From positions 1 through 24,587 of the IMG/VR virus record IMGVR_UViG_3300033149_002325: a stretch of DNA of 24,587 nt; one strand, written 5' to 3'. Made by a program: the position numbers and the translations under genes. Below are positions 7,801-15,444 of this stretch, one piece after another. The notes under the pieces were generated by a model. That model made no database searches and was not told the origin of the DNA. It worked only from the letters and a program-made list of their open reading frames with translations. The stretch comes from a virus (lineage: Duplodnaviria > Caudoviricetes). Each line of letters starts with the position of its first letter. Position 1 is the stretch's first letter.

Positions 7801-8673
7801 ATCCGACGATTAAAGGATGGGATAACCCTAACCTTGAAATGGATAGGGTCGATAATGACAAAGGATATATTCAAGGGAATATACGGTTTGTCAGTAGATC
7901 AGATAACACGTATAATAAAAGGAGTGTCAAAAATTTACAAGAACGTATTAATTTTTTTGAAGAAGAAAATGCTAAATTACGAGAATGTTTACGATCTTCT
8001 GGATTGTGGGACAAATAATCGATTCACAATAATTACTGACAAGGGACCTATGATAGTCCACAATTGCGGATATGGTATGGGTTTTAGAAAATTTAAAGCC
8101 ACATGTGAAAAATATGGAATTATTATTTCAGAAGAATTAGCACAGAAGGCCGTAGCATCTTATCGTGAAAGATTTAAAGGAGTTAAAAGATATTGGTGCC
8201 AAGTTGAAGAAGCAGCGATTAAAAGTATCCTTAATCCGGGCAAGAAAGTGATATGTGACAAAGTTGCATTTTTGACATTTAAGGACTATATGTTTTTATG
8301 TCTACCTTCCGGCAGAGCTTTGACTTATTTTCAGCCAAAAGTTAAAGCGCGTCGTGGGTGTGGGTTTGAATTATCATATACAGGATATAATTCTCAGATT
8401 AATAAATTTGAAGAACAAAGAACCTGGGGTGGTAAACTTGTTGAGAATTGTACGCAATCTACTGCAAGAGATTTTATGGTAGAAGCCATGTTTAGAGTTG
8501 AAGCGGCTGGTTATCCACTTGTTTTTACTGTCCACGATCAACTTATTGCTGAAGTACCCAAAGATAATGTAAATCTTAAGCATTTTACAGAGCTTATGGA
8601 AATTATACCAGAGTGGGGTAAAGGGTGTCCGATTGTTTCAGAAAGTAAAATTTGTGCGAGATTTGAAAAATAA
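4870..8673 (+). CDS. polA: family A DNA polymerase with 3'-5' exonuclease and two inteins (spliced product about 665 aa)
   Basis: ExoI DCET, ExoII NFE, ExoIII YCKRD, RTGRF|SG, motif A DFSAIEAR, motif B KRAILG|CGYG, ENCTQSTARD, motif C VHDQ. Confidence 0.95.
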   Translation: MSNPITVIIDCETRSEVDLKTVGDWMYSKHPSTRLLCLAYKIDDTPTRIIDFRKDTGIPGDFKRALDAGALVEPFNINFEYALWTNILSERHNWPVLDVDRFRCSQARAAQFSLPRSLEAVSKALCIDIEKDSAGRKVMLQMCKPKKPSKKDPGLWYDDEERWEKLLYYCKRDVEVTYKIRKKLIQMTKDKNYFTSLISPHKNKELQIFKLNNKINLRGVHCDLKSCNTALELINKHEIILNNKLYEITGGRISSAGQVVEIRKYLQEKGVVIRDLQSSTIEKMIQETTGDEQAILKIRQQLSKSSTKKIKAMIRHSDEQGCIRNLLMYCGAARTGRFCVRKGTYIDIVRDLSAAPRGIKIEEVKEGDLAYCYDDDMNLCIRPVIWAGKTKTDRVIRIHYKGQGNKYGGYLDVTEDHKVRLIDGSYVEARKLKKLDRVAALSRSMTNGYSRLHYRNSEMREHRFIYGELNGEYPEVVHHKDSNKLNNNIDNLEAMNLSGHSKKHTLDRMKDDSYVEFLKAQLRKVDRSKIGMSGESNPCFKRCSKFQLLKSLAKQQFRITEANDVIVSHVTLNRKCELAGFKWKEVSKRYSKKAGYISRGKVLRTFDLFKTNRDRFRYLGVGYYRFKEICNYYGIAVNNHRIERIEYINQVDDVYDIEVKEYHNFIANELCVHNSGKGVQIQNFIVPILDKDQIEAVLYSLQSGINYKEFSKQFPDVNSAIASVLRGLIIPGEGNVFLDSDFSAIEARILFWLAEEQDGLDMYYNHIDIYKEMAGIIFDKSIEEVTKSDRDLGKRAILGCFTADTKVITKEGIKNIIEVNKNDLVWDGINWVKTRGCKYQGLKKVMKMLNVGVTPDHKILTKKGWKTAKEVVQKDNMRYLKSALDMANLPFKDMNTENVEASRQSKCHVVVTKVISTMSIFITWFMERVQDVIYVLKIKAKKLIIESISGNTKNKCQTLDIGRDFSIDYLLQLVDAIIRRLKDGITLTLKWIGSIMTKDIFKGIYGLSVDQITRIIKGVSKIYKNVLIFLKKKMLNYENVYDLLDCGTNNRFTIITDKGPMIVHNCGYGMGFRKFKATCEKYGIIISEELAQKAVASYRERFKGVKRYWCQVEEAAIKSILNPGKKVICDKVAFLTFKDYMFLCLPSGRALTYFQPKVKARRGCGFELSYTGYNSQINKFEEQRTWGGKLVENCTQSTARDFMVEAMFRVEAAGYPLVFTVHDQLIAEVPKDNVNLKHFTELMEIIPEWGKGCPIVSESKICARFEK
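5884..6891 (+). mobile_element. intein 1 (336 aa) with an in-frame HNH endonuclease
   Basis: Starts CVRKGT after TGRF; block B VTEDH; HNH EHRFIY...VHHKDSNKLNNNIDNL; ends VYDIEV...NFIAN..VHN before the +1 Ser. Confidence 0.93.
7267..8064 (+). mobile_element. intein 2 (266 aa) inserted in polymerase motif B
   Basis: Starts CFTADT; block B VTPDH; ends VYDL...RFTI...IVHN before the +1 Cys. Removing it restores KRAILGCGYG. Confidence 0.93.
7461..8018 (+). pseudogene. out-of-frame HNH homing endonuclease nested in intein 2, interrupted by TAG at 7713-7715
   Basis: ORFs 7461-7715 and 7734-8018 are in one frame separated by a single TAG. Motifs: IGFRYGELTV, CSC, NLVYGKSTRCDIC, RCHNP, MDRVDNDKGY-x-x-GNIRFV-x-x-x-DN-x-x-NKR. 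Confidence 0.8.
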
Positions 8674-8676
8674 TGC

Positions 8677-8705
8677 TTGACAAAATGTATTTTTTATGGT
8701 ATTAA
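8677..8705 (+). promoter_or_regulatory. sigma70-type promoter
   Basis: TTGACA-17 bp-TATTAA with TG extension; 26/27 identical to the promoter at 12828-12854. Confidence 0.7.
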
Positions 8706-8736
8706 ATAGATAGAGGACAAAACGAAAGGAGTTAAT

Positions 8737-9066
8737 ATGGCTTTAAAGGATTTGTTACCGGCGGATGTATATGAAGCTCAAAAAAAGTTATTTAAAGAAA
8801 TCATAGATGGTGGGAAGCGAGTATTGAGAAGTAAAGCGGATGATATTTATATTTTACAGAAAAAAGTTTTTGCAGATCTACAGGTTGAAGCTGAGAAAGA
8901 GGTAAAGAAAAGGGTAAAAAAGCTTGTTAATGAAAATGCACCACGTATTATAAATACAGTTTATGCTTATATAGAAGAACATATCCCTTTTATTGGTGTT
9001 TTGATTGTCAAAGTTCTTAAAAAATACGAAAATGAAATTATAAGGAATATACAAATCAATGAGTAA
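8737..9066 (+). CDS. hypothetical protein
   Basis: 109 aa ORF with an AAGGAG RBS. Confidence 0.8.
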   Translation: MALKDLLPADVYEAQKKLFKEIIDGGKRVLRSKADDIYILQKKVFADLQVEAEKEVKKRVKKLVNENAPRIINTVYAYIEEHIPFIGVLIVKVLKKYENEIIRNIQINE

Positions 9067-9280
9067 TTTATCTAATTCAATTCTTGAAGTGTTAACGAAT
9101 CAAAAGGTTATCGATTCGCGTATAAGAAATATTGCAGCCGGATGTGTTAAACGATATCTGATAGAATTAATCGAAAAACATAAGATCGATGACGTTGAAG
9201 ATGAAGATATAGAAGAACTCTCTTTTGATTTAGTTGATGAACTCGCCGTAGAAGATTACAGTTTTACGATAAACAATTAA
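9059..9280 (+). CDS. hypothetical protein with acidic C-terminus
   Basis: 73 aa; overlaps the upstream stop; fits operon packing. Confidence 0.7.
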   Translation: MSNLSNSILEVLTNQKVIDSRIRNIAAGCVKRYLIELIEKHKIDDVEDEDIEELSFDLVDELAVEDYSFTINN

Positions 9281-9292
9281 AAGAAGGGGCGT

Positions 9293-10087
9293 ATGAAAAA
9301 GAAAAACGACGGGCCAAAAGTTCTTGTTTTTGATATCGAAACTTCGCCGATACTTGCTAACGTATGGGATATCTGGAAGCAGAATATTAGTTTGAAACAG
9401 ATTGAACGCGATTGGCACGTATTAGCTTTTGCTGCCAAATGGCTTGGAGAGAAAGAGGTATTCTATAAAGATCAGAGAGACAGTAGGAATATTGAGGATG
9501 ATAAAAAAATATTGAAATTTGCTTGGAAATTACTTGATCAAGCCGATGTCGTAGTGACACATAATGGAGATAAATTCGATATTCTTAAATTAAATTCGCG
9601 GTTTATATTACAGGGAATAAAGCCGCCAAGTGGATTCAAAAGTATTGACACCTGTAAAATTGCCAGGAGAAAATTTGGATTTACAAGTAATAAATTAGAG
9701 TACCTTACAAATAGGCTATGTAAAAGATACAAGAAATTAGACCATAAAAAGTTCCCTTCTTCAACTCTGTGGACGGAATGTGTCAAAGGGAATAAAGCCG
9801 CATGGAAAGAAATGGAGCGATATAATAAATTTGACGTGTTGTCTTTAGAAGAGTTATATCATGTTTTAATTCCATGGGATAGTAGCATAAATTTTAATTG
9901 GTATCATGATGATGATCATATGGTGTGTAAATGCGGTTCTGTGGAATTTAAAAAGAAAGGGTTCGCATATACGGCCGTAAGTAAGTTTCAGCGATATGTT
10001 TGTAAGAAATGTGGAGCACAAACTCGCGGAAGAGTAAATTTGTTTTCAAAAGAGAAACGTAAATCATTGAAAGTGAGGATATCCTAA
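9293..10087 (+). CDS. RNase H-like/DnaQ-type 3'-5' exonuclease with C-terminal zinc ribbon
   Basis: FDIET, THNGDKFD, IDT, SNKLEYL, YNKFDV; C-terminal CKCGS...RYVCKKCG. Confidence 0.88.
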   Translation: MKKKNDGPKVLVFDIETSPILANVWDIWKQNISLKQIERDWHVLAFAAKWLGEKEVFYKDQRDSRNIEDDKKILKFAWKLLDQADVVVTHNGDKFDILKLNSRFILQGIKPPSGFKSIDTCKIARRKFGFTSNKLEYLTNRLCKRYKKLDHKKFPSSTLWTECVKGNKAAWKEMERYNKFDVLSLEELYHVLIPWDSSINFNWYHDDDHMVCKCGSVEFKKKGFAYTAVSKFQRYVCKKCGAQTRGRVNLFSKEKRKSLKVRIS

Positions 10088-10647
10088 TGAAAAAATCTGC
10101 GGATCAAATTGATTGGGAGAAACGACAGTATTATATTGAGCACGGAATTGATATTGATGCAAGAACAATTGAGGTTTCTGATATTGATGATGCTTTTATA
10201 CCAGATGCCGTACGTTCTATCAAGTTAATGGAAAAAGAATCGGATAAACCTATAAAAGTTATAGTTAGTTCATTTGGTGGTTGTGTCTATTCGGGATTCA
10301 GGCTTTACGATATTTTAACACAAAGTAGATGTAAGATAATAACCATTGCGGAAGGCACGGTAATGTCGATGGGTACGGTGATTTATCTTGCCGGAGATGA
10401 ACGAATTTCTTTACCCAACACTACTTTCATGTTCCATGAAATTTCTTCTGATGGAGGGTTTTTTTCAACAAAATTATCTGATTTAAAAACAGATGCCAAG
10501 GAAACATCTCGTCTTTTTAATATTCTACTTGACATATATACTGAAAAAACAAAACGTACAAAAAGTTGGTGGGAAAAAGAGACGAAGCATGTAGATAGAT
10601 ATATGGATGTTAGTGAGGCAAAGAAAATTGGCGTAATAAATGGATGA
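10087..10647 (+). CDS. ClpP-like serine protease
   Basis: SSFGG-x-V-x-x-G, catalytic Ser context VMSMG, MFHE, and DRYM-x-x-x-EA-x-x-x-G. Confidence 0.88.
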   Translation: MKKSADQIDWEKRQYYIEHGIDIDARTIEVSDIDDAFIPDAVRSIKLMEKESDKPIKVIVSSFGGCVYSGFRLYDILTQSRCKIITIAEGTVMSMGTVIYLAGDERISLPNTTFMFHEISSDGGFFSTKLSDLKTDAKETSRLFNILLDIYTEKTKRTKSWWEKETKHVDRYMDVSEAKKIGVING

Positions 10648-11251
10648 AAATAAAGAAGAATTTCTTCCTGCAATTGATGTTATTAACCATATTTTACCCT
10701 ACACCAGAGGGAAGTTAAAATGGAAAATAGAATCATTACCTGAAGAATTTCTATCAAAATCTGCTGAAGAATTAGAGTCGGATCAAAAGATAACTGAGAC
10801 GGATAAAAAATTACGATTATTATTCCATAAAGAGCTAAGCCGGGCTATCAGTAAAAATGATAAAATGGTTGTTGCTGAGATTTGCAAAGGTGTTTGCCAT
10901 GCTAATAATTTTTTATTAAAGCTTGATGATCCGAAGAAACTTGCATGGCTTTTATTACCTTACCAGGATGAGGAAGTAAGGATAAAACACCAGGTAAATG
11001 AGGCACACGAAGCGATTGAATCTTTACTACATATCGACATATATCTTAGAGATGCACATAATCGAAAATGCGGACTGGATTATAAAGCGGCAGAATTGAA
11101 ATATAAAGCTGCTAAAATGATTTATGACAGAGCGTATCCCGCGACTCAAAAGATATCTTACACCAAAAATTTGCCGGAACCTACTGAACAAACTAAAAGT
11201 ATAGAAGATAAAATTAGAATGCTTGAAGAAAAATTAAAGGATAATGGATAA
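10640..11251 (+). CDS. putative terminase small subunit
   Basis: Helical 203 aa protein immediately upstream of and overlapping TerL. Call is positional only. Confidence 0.5.
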   Translation: MDENKEEFLPAIDVINHILPYTRGKLKWKIESLPEEFLSKSAEELESDQKITETDKKLRLLFHKELSRAISKNDKMVVAEICKGVCHANNFLLKLDDPKKLAWLLLPYQDEEVRIKHQVNEAHEAIESLLHIDIYLRDAHNRKCGLDYKAAELKYKAAKMIYDRAYPATQKISYTKNLPEPTEQTKSIEDKIRMLEEKLKDNG

Positions 11252-12809
11252 ATTAGAGCGACTTAAACAATTAGAAACTAAAGTCACAATACAAGAATTA
11301 AAAAAGCAACTCCCGCATAAATATTCTCCTTTATATAAATGGCAACGTGAAGGAGTAGATTCATTAAATAAAATCAATCTTATAACTGCTGGAAATCAGA
11401 TGGGAAAATCTGTATGGCTTATGATCCGGGCCATAACTCATGCAACAGAGACAGAATTATGGCCTACACTGTGGCCTAAAATGATGAAAGAAGGGAAGTC
11501 GCCCACTCAATTCTGGTATCTTTATGAAGATAGAGCTATGATTATGCGAGAATTTGAAACGAAATGGGTTCGAGAATGGCTACCAAGAGGAGAAGCAAGG
11601 TATAAAGGAAAATATCGTTGGACATGGAAAAGGCGAGATAAATGTGTTGAATATATACATTTTTTAGAATCAGATGTTAAGATATATTTCTTTTCGTATG
11701 GACAGGGAGTTGATGCGTTGATGGCTTCGACAGTGTATGAGATTTTTGTCGATGAAGAAATTCCGTTTGAACAATATGATGAACTATCAGCCCGACTAAC
11801 AATTACGAGAGGATATTTTAATGCGGGATTTACAGCAGTAAAAGGTCAGGAGGAATGGCGGCGGGCTATGGAGGAAACAGGGGAGGAGGAGTTATTTAAA
11901 ACTGCATTTAAACAACAAATTTCGGCGTTTGAATGCAAAGTGAAAGAAGACGGTTCGCCGGGGTTGTGGGACGACGAATTGATCGAGATAAGGATTGCTC
12001 AGTGTTCTACCGACAATATGGTGCTTCAAAAGATATACGGGAAATTTGTAAAGGCTGAAGGATTAAAAGTTCCACAATTTGAGGTAAAAAGGCATTTTGT
12101 AAAAGGTCACCGTCTTAATGCAAAGAAATGGGTGTATTGGTCTGCGATTGATCCCGGGTCCGGGGGATCTGCTCATCCAGCTGGAATTTTGTTATTGGCA
12201 GTAAATGAAGAATGTACTAAAGGTCGAGTTATTCGTTGTTGGAGGGGTGACAAAATAAATACGTCGAATACCCAGATCTTACAAAAGCATCAAGAAATGG
12301 TTAAAGGATTTACTTTACAAGGAACGGTTTATGATAAGCAATGTCGAGATCTATATTTACAGGCAGTTGCCTTAGATATCCCGCTTATTCCTGCAAACAA
12401 GGCACGGGATGAAGGGTTTGGTGTTGTTAATTCTCTTTTTAAACATGACATGTTAAAGATCTATTATGGGGAAAAAACTGAATTTGATCAAGGACATAAG
12501 TTAAAAAATGAGCTATTGAGTTATTCTGAAAGGCATAGTAAATCTAAAGCCACTTGCCCAGACAATTTGATTGATCCGCTTAGATATATAAGCGTCCATA
12601 TCCCGTGGAATTTTGATACTGTGATAAAATATAATATAGAGCATAAAGAAGAGAGAAAAACAGTTATGGCATCTGAACGAGAAGAATTGATTCGGGCTCA
12701 GAAGGAAGGGAGATTAGTCGAGTATTTACAATCAGCTAACGAACAACACGGCATATTGAGCAACGAATTAAGTGAATGGAACGAATATTTTGATGAATTT
12801 TATGAATAA
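11244..12809 (+). CDS. terL: terminase large subunit (P22-like)
   Basis: Walker A AGNQMGKS, Walker B IFVDEE, coupling motif FTA, nuclease motifs AIDPG and DNLIDPLRY. Confidence 0.93.
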   Translation: MDKLERLKQLETKVTIQELKKQLPHKYSPLYKWQREGVDSLNKINLITAGNQMGKSVWLMIRAITHATETELWPTLWPKMMKEGKSPTQFWYLYEDRAMIMREFETKWVREWLPRGEARYKGKYRWTWKRRDKCVEYIHFLESDVKIYFFSYGQGVDALMASTVYEIFVDEEIPFEQYDELSARLTITRGYFNAGFTAVKGQEEWRRAMEETGEEELFKTAFKQQISAFECKVKEDGSPGLWDDELIEIRIAQCSTDNMVLQKIYGKFVKAEGLKVPQFEVKRHFVKGHRLNAKKWVYWSAIDPGSGGSAHPAGILLLAVNEECTKGRVIRCWRGDKINTSNTQILQKHQEMVKGFTLQGTVYDKQCRDLYLQAVALDIPLIPANKARDEGFGVVNSLFKHDMLKIYYGEKTEFDQGHKLKNELLSYSERHSKSKATCPDNLIDPLRYISVHIPWNFDTVIKYNIEHKEERKTVMASEREELIRAQKEGRLVEYLQSANEQHGILSNELSEWNEYFDEFYE

Positions 12810-12828
12810 AAAAATTTTAATTTTTTAC

Positions 12829-12857
12829 TTGACAAAATATATTTTTTATGGTATAAT
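12829..12857 (+). promoter_or_regulatory. consensus sigma70 promoter for the head operon
   Basis: TTGACA-17 bp-TATAAT with TG extension. Confidence 0.88.
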
Positions 12858-12874
12858 ACAATTAAGGGAACCTT

Positions 12875-13237
12875 ATGTCTGATTCTAAGTTAAATTTTGA
12901 CATAATTAAACTAATTAAAGAAGTAAGTAAACAGGGAATTAAAAATTTTGAATTTGAATATGGGGATTTAAAGATTAAATTATCTGGCGGGGTAGTTGAA
13001 GCAGCACCTAATGTTCAAGAACGAGTAATCCCGGAGGCATCGAAGAGGCAGTTAGAGGAATTAGAAGAGCAGGAAGAGAAAACAATTGCTGAGAGAATAA
13101 AAGAGCGAGACGAATCTTTATTAGATGATATAGATTTTTTACCCGAACTTGCCGGAGATTTACGTAGAGCAAATATCATAAAATTAGGTGAGGGGGGTGT
13201 ATATGAATATGTTGAGCAGGAAGGGATAAATGCCTAA
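12875..13237 (+). CDS. hypothetical protein between terL and portal
   Basis: 120 aa ORF with an AAGGG RBS; overlaps the portal start. Confidence 0.8.
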   Translation: MSDSKLNFDIIKLIKEVSKQGIKNFEFEYGDLKIKLSGGVVEAAPNVQERVIPEASKRQLEELEEQEEKTIAERIKERDESLLDDIDFLPELAGDLRRANIIKLGEGGVYEYVEQEGINA

Positions 13238-15395
13238 AGAATTGACTGCTGATTATTTAGATTCTTTGTACCGCCACGCGGATTCGTTAGATCTACACGT
13301 CTTTGATAGGTTCGTGAGTTATGAACGATTATCCGGGGGTGATCATTTTTATCAACAGATGCGGAGCCGGCTTAGAGATAACCGATCCTGGGAGAAGCAG
13401 TTTCCAAAATCAAGATTACGCCTTGTTCAAAACCACATATCAAGATATGTTAATGTGTGGTCTAATTCTATTCTTGATCTAGCCCCTGATGTAGACATAC
13501 TCCCCGACAATCCAAGAGAAGAACAGGATAAAAAAGCCGCAACATTAAATAGATCTGTTAAGGCGCACATAATTGAAGAAACAGATTTTTATTCGTTACA
13601 AGAAGAATTAGTAAAAGATTTCATAGTTCTCGGAGAAGCAATTCTTAAGATTAGTTTTAATCCCGGCATAGGGCCACTAGTGCCTGGACAAGTACATAAA
13701 ATCCTTGATCAAGAAACAGGACAGATTTTTAATTTACAGGACATGATGCCTGGTGGATTGATTGAGTTTGAACGTATCGAACCTGAGAATTTGTTACGTG
13801 ATCCTATGGCTCGTACATGGCTAGATGCAAGATGGGTATGCCATAGACACATGATGGATAAACAGAAAGTTATTCGTTTAATTCGCGAGATATATAAAGA
13901 TGATAGAAATATGGCTCAGGAAAAAATCAATTCTTTAGTAGAGAATGATGAAACTAGAAGTGCGTATTCAGGGACGGAGAATATATATGGGAACGAAGAA
14001 GAGAATAGAAAAGTTTTAATTCGAGAATTTTTTTGGCGTCCTGAGCCGGGAAAATATCCTAAAGGACGCTATGCTATGGCTACAAAAGGAGAAATAATTC
14101 TTGAATCAGATCTTCCCGCCGGTATATTTCCTTTTGAATTTGTTAATTTTGAAAGTAATCATGGTACACCCAGAGGAGAATCACGAATTAAACAATTAGC
14201 TCCAATTCAACTTGAGATTAATAGATGCGTTTCAAAAATGGCAGAGCACCAGATAACACTTGGGGATGATAAAATCATTTCTACTGCCGGTTCAAAAATT
14301 GCCGAAGTTAATAAATATGAAGGGGTCAGACTATTTCAGGTTACTGGAGGTACAGTTCCACAAATATTGGAAGGAAGATCTGGCGCACAATATCTTGATC
14401 ATTTAATTAATCAGGTCGCAACTTTTGATAAAATAGCGGAGATGTCAGAGATTAGTGAGGACAAGATATCTGCTTTAGATCCGTTTGCTATATTTTTCTT
14501 AACCAGTAGACAGAAGAAGAAATTCGCTAAACATGCATCGAAATTTGAACGGTTCTTAATTCGTATCTGGAAAAAGACATTAAAATTACATAAAAAAGCT
14601 GTTCATCCAAATACAGCTATAAAAATACTTGGCGCTTCTGAAAAGATAAATATTGATGAATATAAAAGTATGGATGATTTAGGATTTCAAGTTAAGCTTA
14701 AAGCCCGTACCGAAGACCCTGAATCGTTAATAGCAAGACAATTTCAGATTAACCAGTTCTTACAGTATGGTAATTTAAGTGAAGCTGATTTTGGTGCTTT
14801 AGCTAAAGAATCGCCTTTCTTCCATAAATCGGACGTAGCGTTACAGTCTATTTTACGCAGTGAACGTGCTCAAAATATGATTCTTAAATTAGATAAAGGA
14901 TTAGACTTACCGGTGTCCGTTGGAGATGACCCAAAGTATATGTTGCAACGACTAGACACAAGAATGTCATCCCCTGATTATGACACGATAACTCATAGGG
15001 CACAAAATGGATTAATAATACCTACCGAACAAATACATGAAGTATACGAAAGGAAGAGGCAGGAATACGTAGAGCTTCAGGCACAACAGATGCAACAGAA
15101 GTTACAGATGGAGCAAGGATTTGTTCCTTCTACCGGGCGAATGATACCGGTACAAATGTATGACTCTAAAGTTAACGACGACGGGTCAGTAAGTTCAAAA
15201 AGAGTGTTGTTACCAAACGATTCTCTTGAGTATTTGATTAAGCTTTTGCAAGCTCAGAATGTTACTATGTCAACTTTACAGGGATTTTCTTCGGAGACGC
15301 AGGCTGAGTTAGCAAGTCAATTAACTAGCCAATCCGTTCAGCCGGGGCAGGACAGTCTGAACAACGCTGCCATAACTGATATGGGTGAGGTATAA
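13230..15395 (+). CDS. portal protein (P22-like)
   Basis: 721 aa, follows terL. Motifs include N-x-I, D-x-x-x-A, DFIVLGEAILKI, ERIEPENLLRDP, Q-x-EIN and a Gln-rich C-terminal region. Confidence 0.85.
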   Translation: MPKELTADYLDSLYRHADSLDLHVFDRFVSYERLSGGDHFYQQMRSRLRDNRSWEKQFPKSRLRLVQNHISRYVNVWSNSILDLAPDVDILPDNPREEQDKKAATLNRSVKAHIIEETDFYSLQEELVKDFIVLGEAILKISFNPGIGPLVPGQVHKILDQETGQIFNLQDMMPGGLIEFERIEPENLLRDPMARTWLDARWVCHRHMMDKQKVIRLIREIYKDDRNMAQEKINSLVENDETRSAYSGTENIYGNEEENRKVLIREFFWRPEPGKYPKGRYAMATKGEIILESDLPAGIFPFEFVNFESNHGTPRGESRIKQLAPIQLEINRCVSKMAEHQITLGDDKIISTAGSKIAEVNKYEGVRLFQVTGGTVPQILEGRSGAQYLDHLINQVATFDKIAEMSEISEDKISALDPFAIFFLTSRQKKKFAKHASKFERFLIRIWKKTLKLHKKAVHPNTAIKILGASEKINIDEYKSMDDLGFQVKLKARTEDPESLIARQFQINQFLQYGNLSEADFGALAKESPFFHKSDVALQSILRSERAQNMILKLDKGLDLPVSVGDDPKYMLQRLDTRMSSPDYDTITHRAQNGLIIPTEQIHEVYERKRQEYVELQAQQMQQKLQMEQGFVPSTGRMIPVQMYDSKVNDDGSVSSKRVLLPNDSLEYLIKLLQAQNVTMSTLQGFSSETQAELASQLTSQSVQPGQDSLNNAAITDMGEV

Positions 15396-15444
15396 TATGG
15401 TTGTAACTGTGACAGGTTATAGAGATTAATTTATGGAGGCAATA

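Noticed and set aside
4297-8673. Z-genome (2-aminoadenine) system call
   Set aside because: DUF5664 plus PolA is not sufficient; no purZ is present in the window.
12875-12985. Resemblance to the AccB (biotin carboxyl carrier protein) N-terminus
   Set aside because: Only a short amphipathic similarity; no biotinyl domain or AMKM motif.
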